Assembly: GCA_028826165.1 (NCBI GenBank)
Contig: JAPDFW010000009.1
Location: 26,934 to 90,933 of the forward strand
Direction: 5' to 3'
Length of the DNA: 64,000 nucleotides
Source: Anaeramoeba ignava BMAN
Taxonomy: Eukaryota > Protista > Anaeramoebae
Below the pieces are notes generated by a model. It saw only the letters and a list, made by a program, of their open reading frames with translations. It was not told the origin of the DNA and made no database searches. Below, piece by piece: positions 49,397-63,200 of the stretch. Made by a program: the position numbers and the translations under genes. The first letter of the stretch is position 1. Each line of letters starts with the position of its first letter.

Positions 49397-51325
49397 TTAA
49401 TTCTTGGAATATTTTGTTAAAGTGAAATAAATCTCATTTAATTCATTAACACTTTGTTCAATTTTAGAAAGACTATTAGATTTTATAGCTAAATTTAAAT
49501 TTGAAATGGAAGAACGAGCATTTTCAAGAATATCTTTTGGAATTTGTTCAGAAGAAGAAGAAAGGATTTTTTGAACATCATAAATTTTTGACTCAGCATT
49601 ATTAATAGATTCAGCAATAAGCTTTCTTTGATTATCTTCATAAGCCTTTTGTTGAGCTTCCAAAATCATCCTGTCAATTTCATCATCAGTAAGACCACCA
49701 GAAGAGTTTATAGTAATTTGCTGTTCTTTGCCAGTGTCTTTGTCTCTAGCCGAGACATTGACAATGGCATTGACATCTATGTCAAAAATAACTTCAATTT
49801 GAGGGATACCACGAGGAGCTGGACGGATACCGACAAGTTGGAATTCGCCAAGGAGTTTATTGTCTGCAGACATGTCTCTTTCTCCTTGAAGAACTTTGAC
49901 AGTAACGGACGTTTGGTTGTCAGTAGAAGTGGAAAAAAGTTGACTTTTTTTAGTTGGAACTGCAGTGTTTCTTGGAATTAAACGAGTAAAAACACCACCA
50001 ACAGTCTCAATTCCGAGAGAAAGAGGAGTGATGTCAAGAAGAATCACATCTCTGACATCTCCCTTTAAAATACCGCCCTGAATGGCAGCGCCCATTGCAA
50101 CGACCTCGTCTGGATTAACACCTCTGAAGGGTTCTTTTCCGAAAAATTGCCGGACACTTGAAACGACTTTTGGCATTCGGGTCATACCTCCGACAAGAAT
50201 GACCTCATCTATATCCTTGGTCTGTAGATCCGCGTCCTTGAGAGCTTTGAGACAAGGTTGTCGTGTCTGATTGATCAATTCCTCAACCAGATTTTCCAGT
50301 CGACTGCGGGAAATTTTTATATTTAAATGCTTGGGTCCTTTTGAATCGGCCGTTATATAAGGAAGGTTAATTTCTGTCTGAAGCGTGGTAGACAACTCCA
50401 GCTTCGCCTTCTCCGCTGCTTCGCGAAGTCGCTGGAGAGCAAGTTTGTCTTTTGCTAGATTGATTCCTTCAGACTTTTCATAGCTGTCAACGATATAATC
50501 CAGAATGCGCTTGTCAAAGTCCTCGCCGCCAAGAAAAGTGTTTCCGTTTGTGCTTTTGACTTCGAACGTGTTTTTCCTGATCTCCAAAATGCTAATGTCA
50601 AATGTTCCTCCGCCCAAATCAAAAACGGCGATAGTTTTGCCCTCTTTCTTCTCGATCCCGTATGCAAGGGCAGCAGCAGTGGGTTCGTTTATGATTCTAA
50701 GAACATCCAAACCGGCGATTTTCCCGGCATCTTTAGTAGCTTGACGTTGTGAATCGTTAAAATATGCCGGGACAGTAATGACAGCTTTTTTGACAGGTTT
50801 TCCAATATAATTTTCAGCTGTCAGTTTCATTTTAGCCAGAACAAAGGATCCTATTTGACTTGGTGAGTAGCGTTTTCCGCGCGCCTCGACCCAAGCATCG
50901 TTGTTATTTCCCTCTACAATTTTGAACGGGACCATCGACGCAAACTCCTTTGTTACTGGGTCTTTGAAGGGTCTTCCAATAAGCCGTTTAATTGCATAGA
51001 ACGTGTTGTTCGGGTTCGTGATTGCTTGTCTCTTCGCAGCTGCCCCAACAAGTAACTCAGAATTCTCTGTAAATGCGACAACAGAGGGCGTAGTTCTTGC
51101 CCCTTCGCTATTCTCTATAACCTTCGCAGTCTTGCCTTCCATAACCGCAACACATGAATTTGTTGTCCCGAGATCTATCCCTATTACTTCTTGTGTCTCG
51201 CCTGGTGTTTGTGCAAAGCTTCTTTGGATTTGGGGAATTGAAAAATTTTTTGTATTTTGGAATGTTGATAAAATTTGATTAATAAAAAATTTAGTTGATT
51301 TTAAATTAAAAGAAAATTGAAGCAT
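49397..51325 (-). CDS. HSPA9: Mitochondrial-type Hsp70 (642 aa) with presequence, intronless
   Basis: [24 protein letters not shown], and the mitochondrial/proteobacterial signatures DAWV and YSPSQIG. N-terminus [13 protein letters not shown]...RSF. Confidence 0.96.
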   Translation of the reverse strand: MLQFSFNLKSTKFFINQILSTFQNTKNFSIPQIQRSFAQTPGETQEVIGIDLGTTNSCVAVMEGKTAKVIENSEGARTTPSVVAFTENSELLVGAAAKRQAITNPNNTFYAIKRLIGRPFKDPVTKEFASMVPFKIVEGNNNDAWVEARGKRYSPSQIGSFVLAKMKLTAENYIGKPVKKAVITVPAYFNDSQRQATKDAGKIAGLDVLRIINEPTAAALAYGIEKKEGKTIAVFDLGGGTFDISILEIRKNTFEVKSTNGNTFLGGEDFDKRILDYIVDSYEKSEGINLAKDKLALQRLREAAEKAKLELSTTLQTEINLPYITADSKGPKHLNIKISRSRLENLVEELINQTRQPCLKALKDADLQTKDIDEVILVGGMTRMPKVVSSVRQFFGKEPFRGVNPDEVVAMGAAIQGGILKGDVRDVILLDITPLSLGIETVGGVFTRLIPRNTAVPTKKSQLFSTSTDNQTSVTVKVLQGERDMSADNKLLGEFQLVGIRPAPRGIPQIEVIFDIDVNAIVNVSARDKDTGKEQQITINSSGGLTDDEIDRMILEAQQKAYEDNQRKLIAESINNAESKIYDVQKILSSSSEQIPKDILENARSSISNLNLAIKSNSLSKIEQSVNELNEIYFTLTKYSKN

Positions 51326-51545
51326 TTTTTTTTTAATATTATTTATAAAAAAAAAAGAAAGAGAAAAATGAAAAAAAAATTAGAAATTAAATTTTAAATT
51401 TTGTTTTGATTTAAAAATGTTTTTATCATTTTCCAACTTCTTCAGAAATCAAAAAAAAAAAAAACAAAGAAAAAAGAAAAAAAAAAAAGAAAAAATTTTT
51501 TGATTTAAAAAAAAATAAACGGAAAAAAAACGAAAAAAAAAAAAA

Positions 51546-52241
<696 letters not shown>

Positions 52242-52399
52242 TTAATTTGTTTTAAATTAATAAAAAACGTGTTTTAATCAATAAACGTGTTTTCTTTATT
52301 AAAATAAATAATAAAAGTGGAAAAATATTTTTTTTTTTCTCCTTTTTTATTTTATTCCATTTTTTTTTTAATCAACTTAAAATAAATATCAAAATAATA

Positions 52400-53128
52400 T
52401 TAAAATAGAAATCTAAATCTAAATCAAAATCAAAATCTTTTTTTTTCTTAATTTTTTATTTTTGATTTGATTGATAAAAATGAAAAATTAATTCTTAGAA
52501 TTTGAATTTGGTTTGATATTGAAATTATCATAAAATTCCAATAAAAGTAAATCAATTATCAAATATTGATTTAATTGATAAATATTAAAATAAATATTAA
52601 AATAGAAATCTAAATCTAAATCTAAATCAAAATCTTTTTTTTTCTTAATTTTTTATTATTGATTTGATTGATGAAAATTAAAAATTAATTCTTTGAATTA
52701 GAATTTGATTTGATTTGATATCGAAATTATCATAAAATTCCAATAAAAGTAAATCAATTATCAAATATTGATTTAATTGATAAATATCAAATTAAATATT
52801 AAATTAAATATTAAAATAGAAATCTAAATCTAAATCTAAATTAAAATCAAAATTAAAATCTTTTTTTTTCTTAATTTTTTATTTTTGATTTGATTGATAA
52901 AAATCAAAAATTAATTCTTTGAATTTGATTTGATTTGATTTGATATCGAAATTATCATAAAATTCCAATAAAAGTAAATCAATTATCAAATATTGATTTG
53001 ATTGATGAAAATTAAAAATTAATTCTTTGAATTTGATTTGATTTGATATTGAAATTATCATAAAATTCCAATAAAAGTAAATCAATTATCAAATATTGAT
53101 TTGATTGATAAAAATCAATTATGAAAAA
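52400..53128 (-). repeat. tandem copies of the last ~25 codons and 3' flank of the adjacent ankyrin-BTB gene (4 copies)
   Basis: gaaattatcataaaattccaataaaagtaaatcaattat recurs near 52521, 52722, 52948 and 53051 and matches the CDS end near 53162. Confidence 0.88.
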
Positions 53129-56100
53129 TTAATTCTTAGAATTTGAATTTGGTTTGATATTGAAATTATCATAAAATTCTGATAAAAGTAAATCAATTAT
53201 GGAATTTTCGTTTAATTGATAAAAACCTTTTAAATATTCATATTCTTCAATATTTTCTTTCGTTATTTTTGTTTCATCAAAATTATCATGATAAATGAAA
53301 TAAATTAATTGATTAATTGCTTCAAATGATTTCCCTGAATGATCATGAACTTGATTAGATGAATCATTAACACTTGAAAACATTTTTTTAAATAATCCAC
53401 TTCTTATCATTAAAATCAATTTATGAGTTTTGATTTCTTTTTCTTTTCCATTTTCTTCACAAATAATTGTAAAATCTTTTGTTTCTTCATTCTGATATAA
53501 TTGATCTAAATCTTTCAATAATGGTTTTCTTCCTTTTTGATTTCATCCAATTCGAATCTAATCCAATTTCTTTGAAAAAATCTTCAATTTTTTGTTCTTT
53601 TTCTTTAAAATCTGGAGACATAACTTCATCTCCATTCGTACCATAATCACAAAGCCAATCATATAATTGTGTATATCCTTTGTAATTTTTGGAAACATCT
53701 CTTAATTTTTGTGTAAATTCTTCAAATGCAACAAATCCAGTATAAAGGAAACTAATAACAAGTTTTACAACTTCATTATCTTTTTTATGACAATTATCAA
53801 CAAATTTTTGGAGAATTGTTTCATCATTATTGAATCTTGTTAAAAGAATTAATTTATGAGCATTAATAATTGATCCATCATTACATTTAATTTTGAAATC
53901 TCCAGAAATTTCATCTGATGTTAATAGATTGCTCATTTCTTGATTGATAGAATAAACATTAGAAAATGATTCAACAAATTCTTTGTTAATTTGTGATTTG
54001 TATAAATGATCAACATCAATATCATCCAATAAAACATATTTTAACATATTTTTATTTTTGTAATAAAAAGCTTCTTGAAATGCAGTTAATCCATAGTTAT
54101 TCTTTGCATTAATATCAACTCCTTTTTCAGCTAAAAGTTTGATAACACTTAATGAACTTGGATAAAAACAAGTATAAAATAAGATTGTGTGATTGTAATT
54201 GTTTTTGATATGAATATCAGCTCCTTTTTCAACTAACAATTTGAAAACTTGTAATGGAGCTTGATATTGACAAGCACATTGCAAAACTGATTGATTTTCT
54301 GTAGTTTTTGCATTAACATCAGCTCCTTTTTCAACTAACAATTTGAAAACATCTAATGAATTTCTGTATTGGCAAGCATAATGCAAAACTGATTGCTTTT
54401 GGTTTGTTTTGGCATTAACATCAGCTCCTTCTTCAACTAGCAATTTAAAAACTTGTAATGGAGATTGATATTGACAAGCATAATGCAAAACTGATTGATT
54501 TTCTTTAGTTTTTGCTTTAACATCAACTCCTTTATCAATTAATTCTTCAATCATTTCTTCTGATACTTTTTTTTGGATTGCAAAATGTAGAATAGGTTTT
54601 CCAACATTTTTCAACTGTTCTTCGGGAATTCTTTGAAGTTTTTGTAATGATTCAATGTCTTGTTTTTCAATAATTTCTTCGATATCAGTATGAATATTGA
54701 AATTGTTATAAACATCCAATAAAAGTAAATCAATTATGGAATTTTCGTTTAATTGATAAAAACCTTTTAAATATTCATATTCTTCAATATTTTCTTTCGT
54801 TATTTTTGTTCCATCAAAATTATCATGATAAATGAAATAAATTAATTGATTAATTGTTTCAAATGGTTTTCCTGAATAATCGTGAACTTTGTTAGATGAA
54901 TCATTAACACTCAAGAACATTCCTTTGAATAATTCACTTCTTATCATTAAAATCAATTTATGTGTTTTGATTTCTTTTTCTTTTCCATTTTCTTCACAAA
55001 TAATTGTGAAATCTTTTGTTTCTTCGTTTTGATATAATTGATCTAAATCTTTCAATAATGGTTTTCTTCCTTTCTTTGATTTCATCCAATTTGAATCTAA
55101 TCCAATTTCTTTGAAAAAATCTTCAATTTTTTGTTCTTTTTCTTTAAAATCTGGAGACATAACTTCATCTCCATTCGCACCATAATTACAAAGCCAATCA
55201 TATAAATTTGTATATTCTTTGTAGTTTTTGGAAACATCTTTTAACTTTTGTGTAAATTCTTCAAATGCAACAAATCCAGTATAAAGGAAACTAATAACAA
55301 GTTTTACAACTTCATTATCTTTTTTATAACAATTATCAACAAATTTTTGGAGAATTGTTTCATCATTATTGAATCTTGTTAAAAGAATTAATTTATGAGC
55401 ATTAATAATTGATCCATCATTACATTTAATTTTGAAATCTCCAGAAATTTCATCTGATGTTAATAGATTGCTCATTTCTTGGTTGATAGAATAAACATTA
55501 GAAAATGATTCAACAAATTCTTTGTTAATTTGTGACTTGTATAAATGATCAACATCAATATCATCCAATAAAACATATTTCAACATATTTTTATTTTTGT
55601 AATAAAAAGCTTCTTGAAATGCAGTTAATCCATAGTTATTCTTTGCATTAATATCAACTCCTTTTTCAGCTAAAAATTTGATAACACTCAATGAACTTGG
55701 ATAAAAACAAGTATAAAATAAGATTGTGTGATTGTAATTGTTTTTGATATGAATATCAGCTCCTTTTTCAACTAACAATTTGAAAACTTGTAATGGAGCT
55801 TGATATTGACAAGCACATTGCAAAACTGATTGATTTTCTGTAGTTTTTGCATTAACATCAGCTCCTTTTTCAACTAACAATTTGAAAACATCTAATGAAT
55901 TTCTGTATTGACAAGCATAATGCAAAACTGATTGATTTTGGTTTGTTTTGGCTTTAACATTAGCTCCCTTTTTGATTAATTCTTCAATCATTTCTTTTGA
56001 TACTTTTTTTTGGATCGCAAAATGTAAAACAGGTTTTCCAACATTTTCCAACTGTTCTTTGGGAATTCTTTTAAGTTTTCTCAATGATTCAATGTCTTGT

Positions 56101-56171
56101 TTTTCAATAATTTCTTCGATTGATATTGTTTGTTTCTTCGTTTTCTTTTTATTGTTTTTGTTTTGAGACAT
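53129..56171 (-). CDS. Internally duplicated (ankyrin-BTB-BTB)x2 protein; frameshift near 53535
   Basis: Two near-identical halves starting IEEIIEKQDIESL. A 2-nt deletion (tcctttttga vs tcctttctttga) separates the last BTB. Likely ATG at 56171 (MSQNK). Confidence 0.9.
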
Positions 56172-56347
56172 CAATTTTTGCTCAATGAAAAAAATGAAAA
56201 AAATGAAAAAGCAAAAAATAAAAATGAAAAAAAAAATTCTCAACTTGCTTTTAAATACAAAATTTTTTGAAAAGTAAGAATTGGTTTCAAAAAAAGAGTT
56301 ATAAGAAAATTAAAATGAAAAATTTTATTGATTTTATTAAAATTGTT

Positions 56348-57778
56348 TTAATTTTTAATTAAAAAAAAGGTCTCAACTTCTTCAACTTTCCATTCGTCAT
56401 AAGAATTTGCAAAATATTTATTTGCTTGATCTGTTCCATGCTCAATTCCTTCAGGTAGTTCATAAGAATTACCAAAATATGTACCACCAGTTTCAAGAAT
56501 AGGATCGAGCCAAATATCATCATAACGTCCAAATCTAGGACCAAAACCAGAATGGAAAAAAATTGCATATTGTTCTTTTTCTTTTTGAACTCGAAATTGA
56601 TGAGGAGGAGAGTTTGTTGGATTTCTTAATGAAAAAATAAATGCATCGGGATCTGAAAGATATCTTGTTTTTCCTGAAAGAAATCCAACTTGAGTAAATC
56701 CTCCAAAAATAAAATTATCTTTGGTTTTGATAACAATTAATGTTTTTCCTTTATCATCACATTTTTCATGCCAATTTTTACAATCAAATCCATCCCTTTT
56801 TGCTGAATATCCTTTTTTCATTTTGGAAAAGAATTCATTATCGTTTATCCATTCTTTGAGTTTCTCGATATATTTGAAATCTTGAATAATTTCCGATTTA
56901 AATCTGATTCTTGATTGGAAAATGAATGAATTTTGATTTTCATTTTCAATAAATTGTGTTAATTCTTTTTCATTTTCTTGGTTTTGAAGTTTTTGGAATT
57001 GTATTAATTTTTGTGAAATTTGATTTGGAATCAATTCTTCTTTCAAACTATCTTCAAGTTCTTGTTTTGAAAAATCAATAAATCTGATTTTATCAGTAAC
57101 ATTTGAAATTTGATTTTGTACTTTTTCTTTTTCTTCTTTTTCTAATTCTTTTTCTTGATTAATATTTGATTTATGTTTTCCCCATTTTATTATTAATTGA
57201 AATATTTCAAATTCATCTATTGAAATCTTATTATTTAATAATATTGAATTTAAATGGTTTTCTTCAAGTTCAAGAAAAAATGAAGTTTTGATAAATTTTT
57301 CAAAATTTTCAAAAATAAATTGATAAGAATAATCCAATAATTGATTTAAATTCATTGATTCTGATAATTTAAGAACATCAACAATAGTTTCAAATTGTAA
57401 ATTGTTTTTGATAAAATTTGTAGAGATTTCAATTAATTCATCAATTAAATATTTGGAAGAAAAAATTAAAATCTGAATTGCATTTTCTAAATTAATTTCA
57501 ATTTTTCCTGAATAAAAATAATTCAAAATTGGGAATAGAATTGAACTTGAAACATCTTTTAAAATCATTTTGTTTTCTTGATATTCTTTCATTTTAGATT
57601 TGAAAAGAGATTTAAAATATTGACTTCTTGAAGAAAGAATTGATTTATGAGTTTTAAATGAAATTTGATTTTGTTCACAAATTATTTCAAAATCAAAATG
57701 ACTTTCTTCTTCTTTTTCATTTTGGAATAAATTTTTTAAATCATTTGAAAGTTTTTCTAAATTTGAATAATTTTCCAT
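56348..57778 (-). CDS. BTB-BACK-TLDc protein (476 aa)
   Basis: FKTHKSILSSRSQYFKSLF, BACK (EFEIFQLIIKW...KIRF), TLDc SAKRDGF...GKTLIVIKTKDNFIFGGFT...VEEVETF. Confidence 0.92.
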   Translation of the reverse strand: MENYSNLEKLSNDLKNLFQNEKEEESHFDFEIICEQNQISFKTHKSILSSRSQYFKSLFKSKMKEYQENKMILKDVSSSILFPILNYFYSGKIEINLENAIQILIFSSKYLIDELIEISTNFIKNNLQFETIVDVLKLSESMNLNQLLDYSYQFIFENFEKFIKTSFFLELEENHLNSILLNNKISIDEFEIFQLIIKWGKHKSNINQEKELEKEEKEKVQNQISNVTDKIRFIDFSKQELEDSLKEELIPNQISQKLIQFQKLQNQENEKELTQFIENENQNSFIFQSRIRFKSEIIQDFKYIEKLKEWINDNEFFSKMKKGYSAKRDGFDCKNWHEKCDDKGKTLIVIKTKDNFIFGGFTQVGFLSGKTRYLSDPDAFIFSLRNPTNSPPHQFRVQKEKEQYAIFFHSGFGPRFGRYDDIWLDPILETGGTYFGNSYELPEGIEHGTDQANKYFANSYDEWKVEEVETFFLIKN

Positions 57779-57857
57779 TTTAAAATTAAAAATGAAAAAA
57801 ATGAAAAAAAATTAAAATCCAAAAATTTATTTTTTTCATTTTTTTTCTTTTCAAAAA

Positions 57858-59631
57858 ATGAATGAAATTATATTTTTTGGTTCGAATACATTTCCAAAAC
57901 TTATAAAAAATGAACCAGATTCAATAAAAAAACCAATTCAATTTAAATTTGAAAATGAAAAACAAATTAAACAAATTAAACAAATTTCATCAGGTTTTTT
58001 TTCAACAATTTTCCTTTTTAAAAATGGAAAAGCAATAGAATATTTAACAGAAAATGATTCAAAACAAAATCCTTCAAAAATCCAAATTGAAGAAAATATT
58101 CAAAAAGTAACTGTTGGTCATGAAAATGAAGCTATTTTAACAAAAGAAGGAAATGTATTTGCCAAAGGAAATAATATTAATCCAAAAAATCCAAAAGAAT
58201 TTATCAATATTTCATCATTAATTGAAGATACAAATGATAGAGTAATTCAAGATATTGTTTCTGGATCTGAATCAATTTACTTATTAACTTCAAATCATAA
58301 TGCTTATGGAATTGGTTCAAATGAATTTGGTCAACTTGGGTTTGATTTTGAAACACTTAGAAAAGCAGAAAAACCAATTTTAATGATGAAAAATGTTTCT
58401 AAAATATTTTCAGGAAATAATTCAAATCATGTTTTTCTTTTAAATTCAAATCAAGAATTATTTGGATGTGGGAATAATAATTTTAGTCAACTTGGATTAG
58501 GAGAATCAAGAAAAGAAGAAACAGAAATCCAAAAATTAACTCAAATCCAAAATATTCCAAAAGGCAAAATAATCGATATCAAATCAACAAATCAACATTC
58601 AATGATTTTGATTGAAGACCAAAATCTAAAAAGAAAAATTTATTCATGTGGATTTTATGAATATAATGGACTTGGCAAAGAATATGAAGATACTTATGAA
58701 TTTACTGAAATTAAATCATCTTTATTTGAAAATGATGATAATATTGTTGATTTTTCTTGTGGAAATGGGCATACTTTGATTTTAACTTCTAATCCAAAAC
58801 TGATCGGATTTGGGTGGAATAATTATGGTGAATTAGGAACTGGATATACAGATGATCAATTAATTCCAATTCAAATTGAACTTCCTAAATTAAGATTTAA
58901 TGAAGACATTTCTAATTATCGTATTTCTTGTGGATCTCACAGATCATTTATTTATTATTCACTTCCTTCTTTTTCCAATCTTGAAGAAGATTTGATCAAT
59001 TTATTTAGAAGAAAAGAATTTTGTAATATTTCATTTAAAACCGAAAATGGAGAAATAATTGAAGCTCATAAATTAATATTGAAATATAGATTAAATCAAA
59101 ATGAAAATCAAATTGAAAAACTTAAAGAAATTATTTCAAATAAATCAATTAAAGAATCAAATCAAATATTTGAAATGATTTATTCAAACAGAATTATAAA
59201 TCCAAAATTATATTCATGAAATTAAAGAAATTATTAATTCAAATGAAAAAATTGAAGAAACAATTAAAAGAATTTATTTAAATGAAAATGAAAATGAAAA
59301 AGATTTTATTATTGAAAGAAAAGAAAAACAATATAAATTTCCAAAATTAATATTAATAATGAGAAGTGAATTATATCGAGGAATGTTTTTATCTGTAACT
59401 GAAGACAAATCTAATAAAGTTACAGATTATAGTGAATTAAGTAATAAATCATTTCAAATATTTGAATATTGGATTTATTCAAATCAAATTAAAGAAGGAA
59501 TTCAAATTACACAAGAAATCATTGATGACTTAGAAACAGGAATTGGTTATTTTCAATTAAATGAAACAAATCCAAATTTATTTGATTTATTAATTAACAA
59601 ATTTAATAATCAAAATCAAAATCAAAATTAA
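57858..59631 (+). CDS. RCC1-repeat + tandem BTB protein; +1 frameshift near 59216
   Basis: Paralog of 1820-3604. tattcatgaa here vs tattctgaa in the other copies. Confidence 0.88.
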
Positions 59632-59980
59632 AATTAAAATTAAAATCAAAATCAAAATTAAAAATAAAATTAAAATTAAAATTAAAATCAAAATTAAAAT
59701 TAAAATTAAAATCAAAATCAAAATCAAAATCAAAATTAAAATTAAAATTAAAATTAAAATTAAAATTAAAATTAAAATTAAAATTAAAATTAAAATCAAA
59801 ATTAAAATTAAAATTAAAATCAAAATTAAAATTAAAAATCAAAATCAAAATCAAAATTAAAATCAAAATCAAAATCAAAATCAAAATTAAAATTAAAATC
59901 AAACTTCAAAATTAAAATTAAAATTAAAATTAAAATTAAAAATCATAATTAAAATTAAAATTAAAATTAAAATTAAAATC
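59605..59980. repeat. (AAAATT/AAAATC)n hexamer microsatellite
   Basis: Directly visible after the RCC1-BTB end. Confidence 0.96.
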
Positions 59981-60266
59981 CAAATTTATTTTTATTTATT
60001 AATCAAAAAACTTTTCCAAAAATTCATTTTTTTCATTTTTTCATTTTTCTTTTTAAAAAAAAGTTAATAAAAAGAAAAAGTAATTATTTTTCTTTCCTTT
60101 TTCATTATAAAAAAAATAAATCAAAATAATAAAACATTTTCTTTAAATTCTTTTATAATTTAATTTATTTATTCAAAATAATTTATTTTATTTTAAAATT
60201 AATCCAAAAAAAGGTTATTTTCTATTATTTTTATTTCTTATTTTTTAATTTGGAATTTAATTCAAA

Positions 60267-63200
60267 ATGGAACAAATTCAAAATCAAATTAATGAACTTC
60301 AAAAAAGAATGAATGAAAAAGATAATCAAATTAATGAACTTCAAAAAAGAATGGATGAAAAAGATAAACAAATTAAAGAACTTCAACAAAATTTATTCAA
60401 TATAATTCAAAATAATTATAACAATAATAATAATAATAATCAAAACACAAAACCAGAAACAGAAAAAAAAGCAGAAAACTTTTTAAAATCATTTTTAAAT
60501 GAAAATCAAAATGAAAATCAAAATGAAAGTAAATTTTTATTATTCTTATTTTATTTAATTAAAAATCTTTCTAAATAAATAAATTTAAATAAATATTAAA
60601 TAAATTTATAAATAATTTAGAATTAATTTCAATTGAAGAAATTATAAATTTAATTAATCAATTTCCAAAAAATGAAAAAATTCAAGAAAATGGATGTTTT
60701 ATTTTAGAAAAAATTTCAACAAAAAATGAAGGTAAAATAATATTATTTTTATTTTTAATTTAATTCAAAATTCAAAACTAATTTAAAAAAATAAAAATAA
60801 AGAAATCCAAAAATTAAAAGGAATTGAAATTGCAAAATATCAAGGAATTTTATTTATTCTTAAAGCAATTAATAATTTTCCAAATAATCAAATTATTCAA
60901 GAAAAATCAATTTCAATTTTAGCTAATATTGCTTTTGATTCTCGTAATATTTCAATTTCCATTTTAATTTCAATTTTCCAAATTAAATTAAATTAAATTA
61001 AATTGAATTGAATAAAAAAATTACAAATAGAAAATCAAATTGAAATTAAAGAAATGAAAGGAATTGAACCAATTATTAAATCAATTATTAATTTTCCAAA
61101 TAATAGAGATATTCAATTTCAAGGAATTAGATGCTTAAATAATCTTGCTTTAAATAATGGTAAATAAAAAACAAAATAAATCCAAAGAAATAATCAATTT
61201 AATATTTATTTTCTTCTCAAAAAAAAATTACAAAAAGAAAATCAAATTGAAATTAGAAAATTAAAAGGAATTAAACCAATTATTAATGCAATGAATAATT
61301 TCTCAAAAGATATAAATATTCAATCTGAAAGTTGTGATAGTTTATTTAATATTTCTCATAATGGAAGTAAATAATCAAGAATAAAACATAAAAATAAAAG
61401 ATTTGATAATAATTCAATCAAAAATCAAAAATCAAAAATCAAACTTTTCTTGTTTTTGAAAAAAAACAAAATTAGAAAACAAAAACAAAATTAAAGAATT
61501 AAATGGAATTGAACCAATTATTCAATCAATGATTAATTTCCCAAATGATGAATATATTCAAAATAGTGGATGTAAAGCTTTAACAAATATTTCTATTAAT
61601 GATGGTAAATTATTATTATTAATTAAATTTATATCAAAAAATATTAATTAAATAATCAAAATTAGAAAACAAAATCCAAATTAGAGAATTAAATGGAATT
61701 GAACCAATTATTCAATCAATGATTAATTTCCCAAATGATGAATATATTCAATTTAATGGATGTGAAGCTTTAACAAATATTTCTATTAATAAAGGTAAAT
61801 TATTATTAAACATTTTCAATCTAAATCAAATCAAAAATCAAAATCCAAAAAATCAAAAATCAAAAATTAAACTTTTCTTGTTTTTGAAAAATAAACAAAA
61901 ATAGAAAACAAAAACAAAATTAAAGAATTAAATGGAATTGAACCAATTATTCAATCAATGATTAATTTCCCAAATGATGAAGATATCCAAAATAGTGGAT
62001 GTAAAGCTTTATCAAATATTTCTATTAATGATGGTAAATTATTATTATTAATTAAATTTATATCAAAAAATATTAATTAGCTAAATAAATAAACAAAAAT
62101 AGAAAACAAAAACAAAATTAAAGAATTAAATGGAATTGAACCAATTATTCAATCAATGATTAATTTCCCAAATAATAGAGATATTCAATTTAATGGATGT
62201 GGAGCTTTAATAAATATTTCTATTAATAAAGGTAAATTATTATTAAACATTTCCAATCTAAATCAAAATCAAAAAATCAAAATCCAAAAAATCAAAAATC
62301 CAAAAATTAAACTTTTCTTGTTTTTGAAAAATAAACAAAAATAGAAAACAAAATCAAAATTAAAGAATTAAATGGAATTGAACCAATTATTCAATCAATG
62401 ATTAATTTCCCAAATGATGAATATATTCAAAATAGTGGATGTAAAGCTTTATCAAATATTTCTATTAATGATGGTAAATTATTATTATTAATTAAATTTA
62501 TATCAAAAAATATTAATTAAAAAAACAAAAATAGAAAACAAAATTCAAATTAGAGAATTAAATGGAATTGAAACAATTATCAAATCAATGATTAATTTCC
62601 CAAATAATAAAGATATTCAATTTAATGCATGTGAAGCTTTAACAAATCTTTCTATTAATGATGGTAAATTATTATCAATTAAATTAAATAAATGAGAGAA
62701 AACAAAACAAAATAAATTATTTTCCAATAATTTTAATCCAAAATTTAATTAAATTAAAATAGAAAACAGAATCAAAATTGAAGAATTAAATGGAATTGAA
62801 ATAATAATAGATGTATTAAAATCTGGATTTTATATTCCAGAAATGTATTATAATATATTTAAAGCTTTATCAATTTTTTCTTTAGATGAAGGTAAATAAT
62901 AAAAAGAATAAACAATTTATTTTATTTTCTTTTATTAATTTTAATTTATTTTATATCTTTTTTATTAAATCTAAAAACAAAATTGATTTTAAATTTCTTT
63001 CCAAAAAAATAGAAAATAAAATCAAAATTAGAGAATTAGATGGAATTAGTCGAATTACTTATGCAATGAATAGTTGGTATGAAAATGAAGAAATTCAAAA
63101 ATTTGGATGTAAAATCTTTTATAATCTTTCAACTAATAAAGGTAAAATGAAAATAATTTGAAAATATTAAATTATTTTGATATTTATCATTTCATAATTC

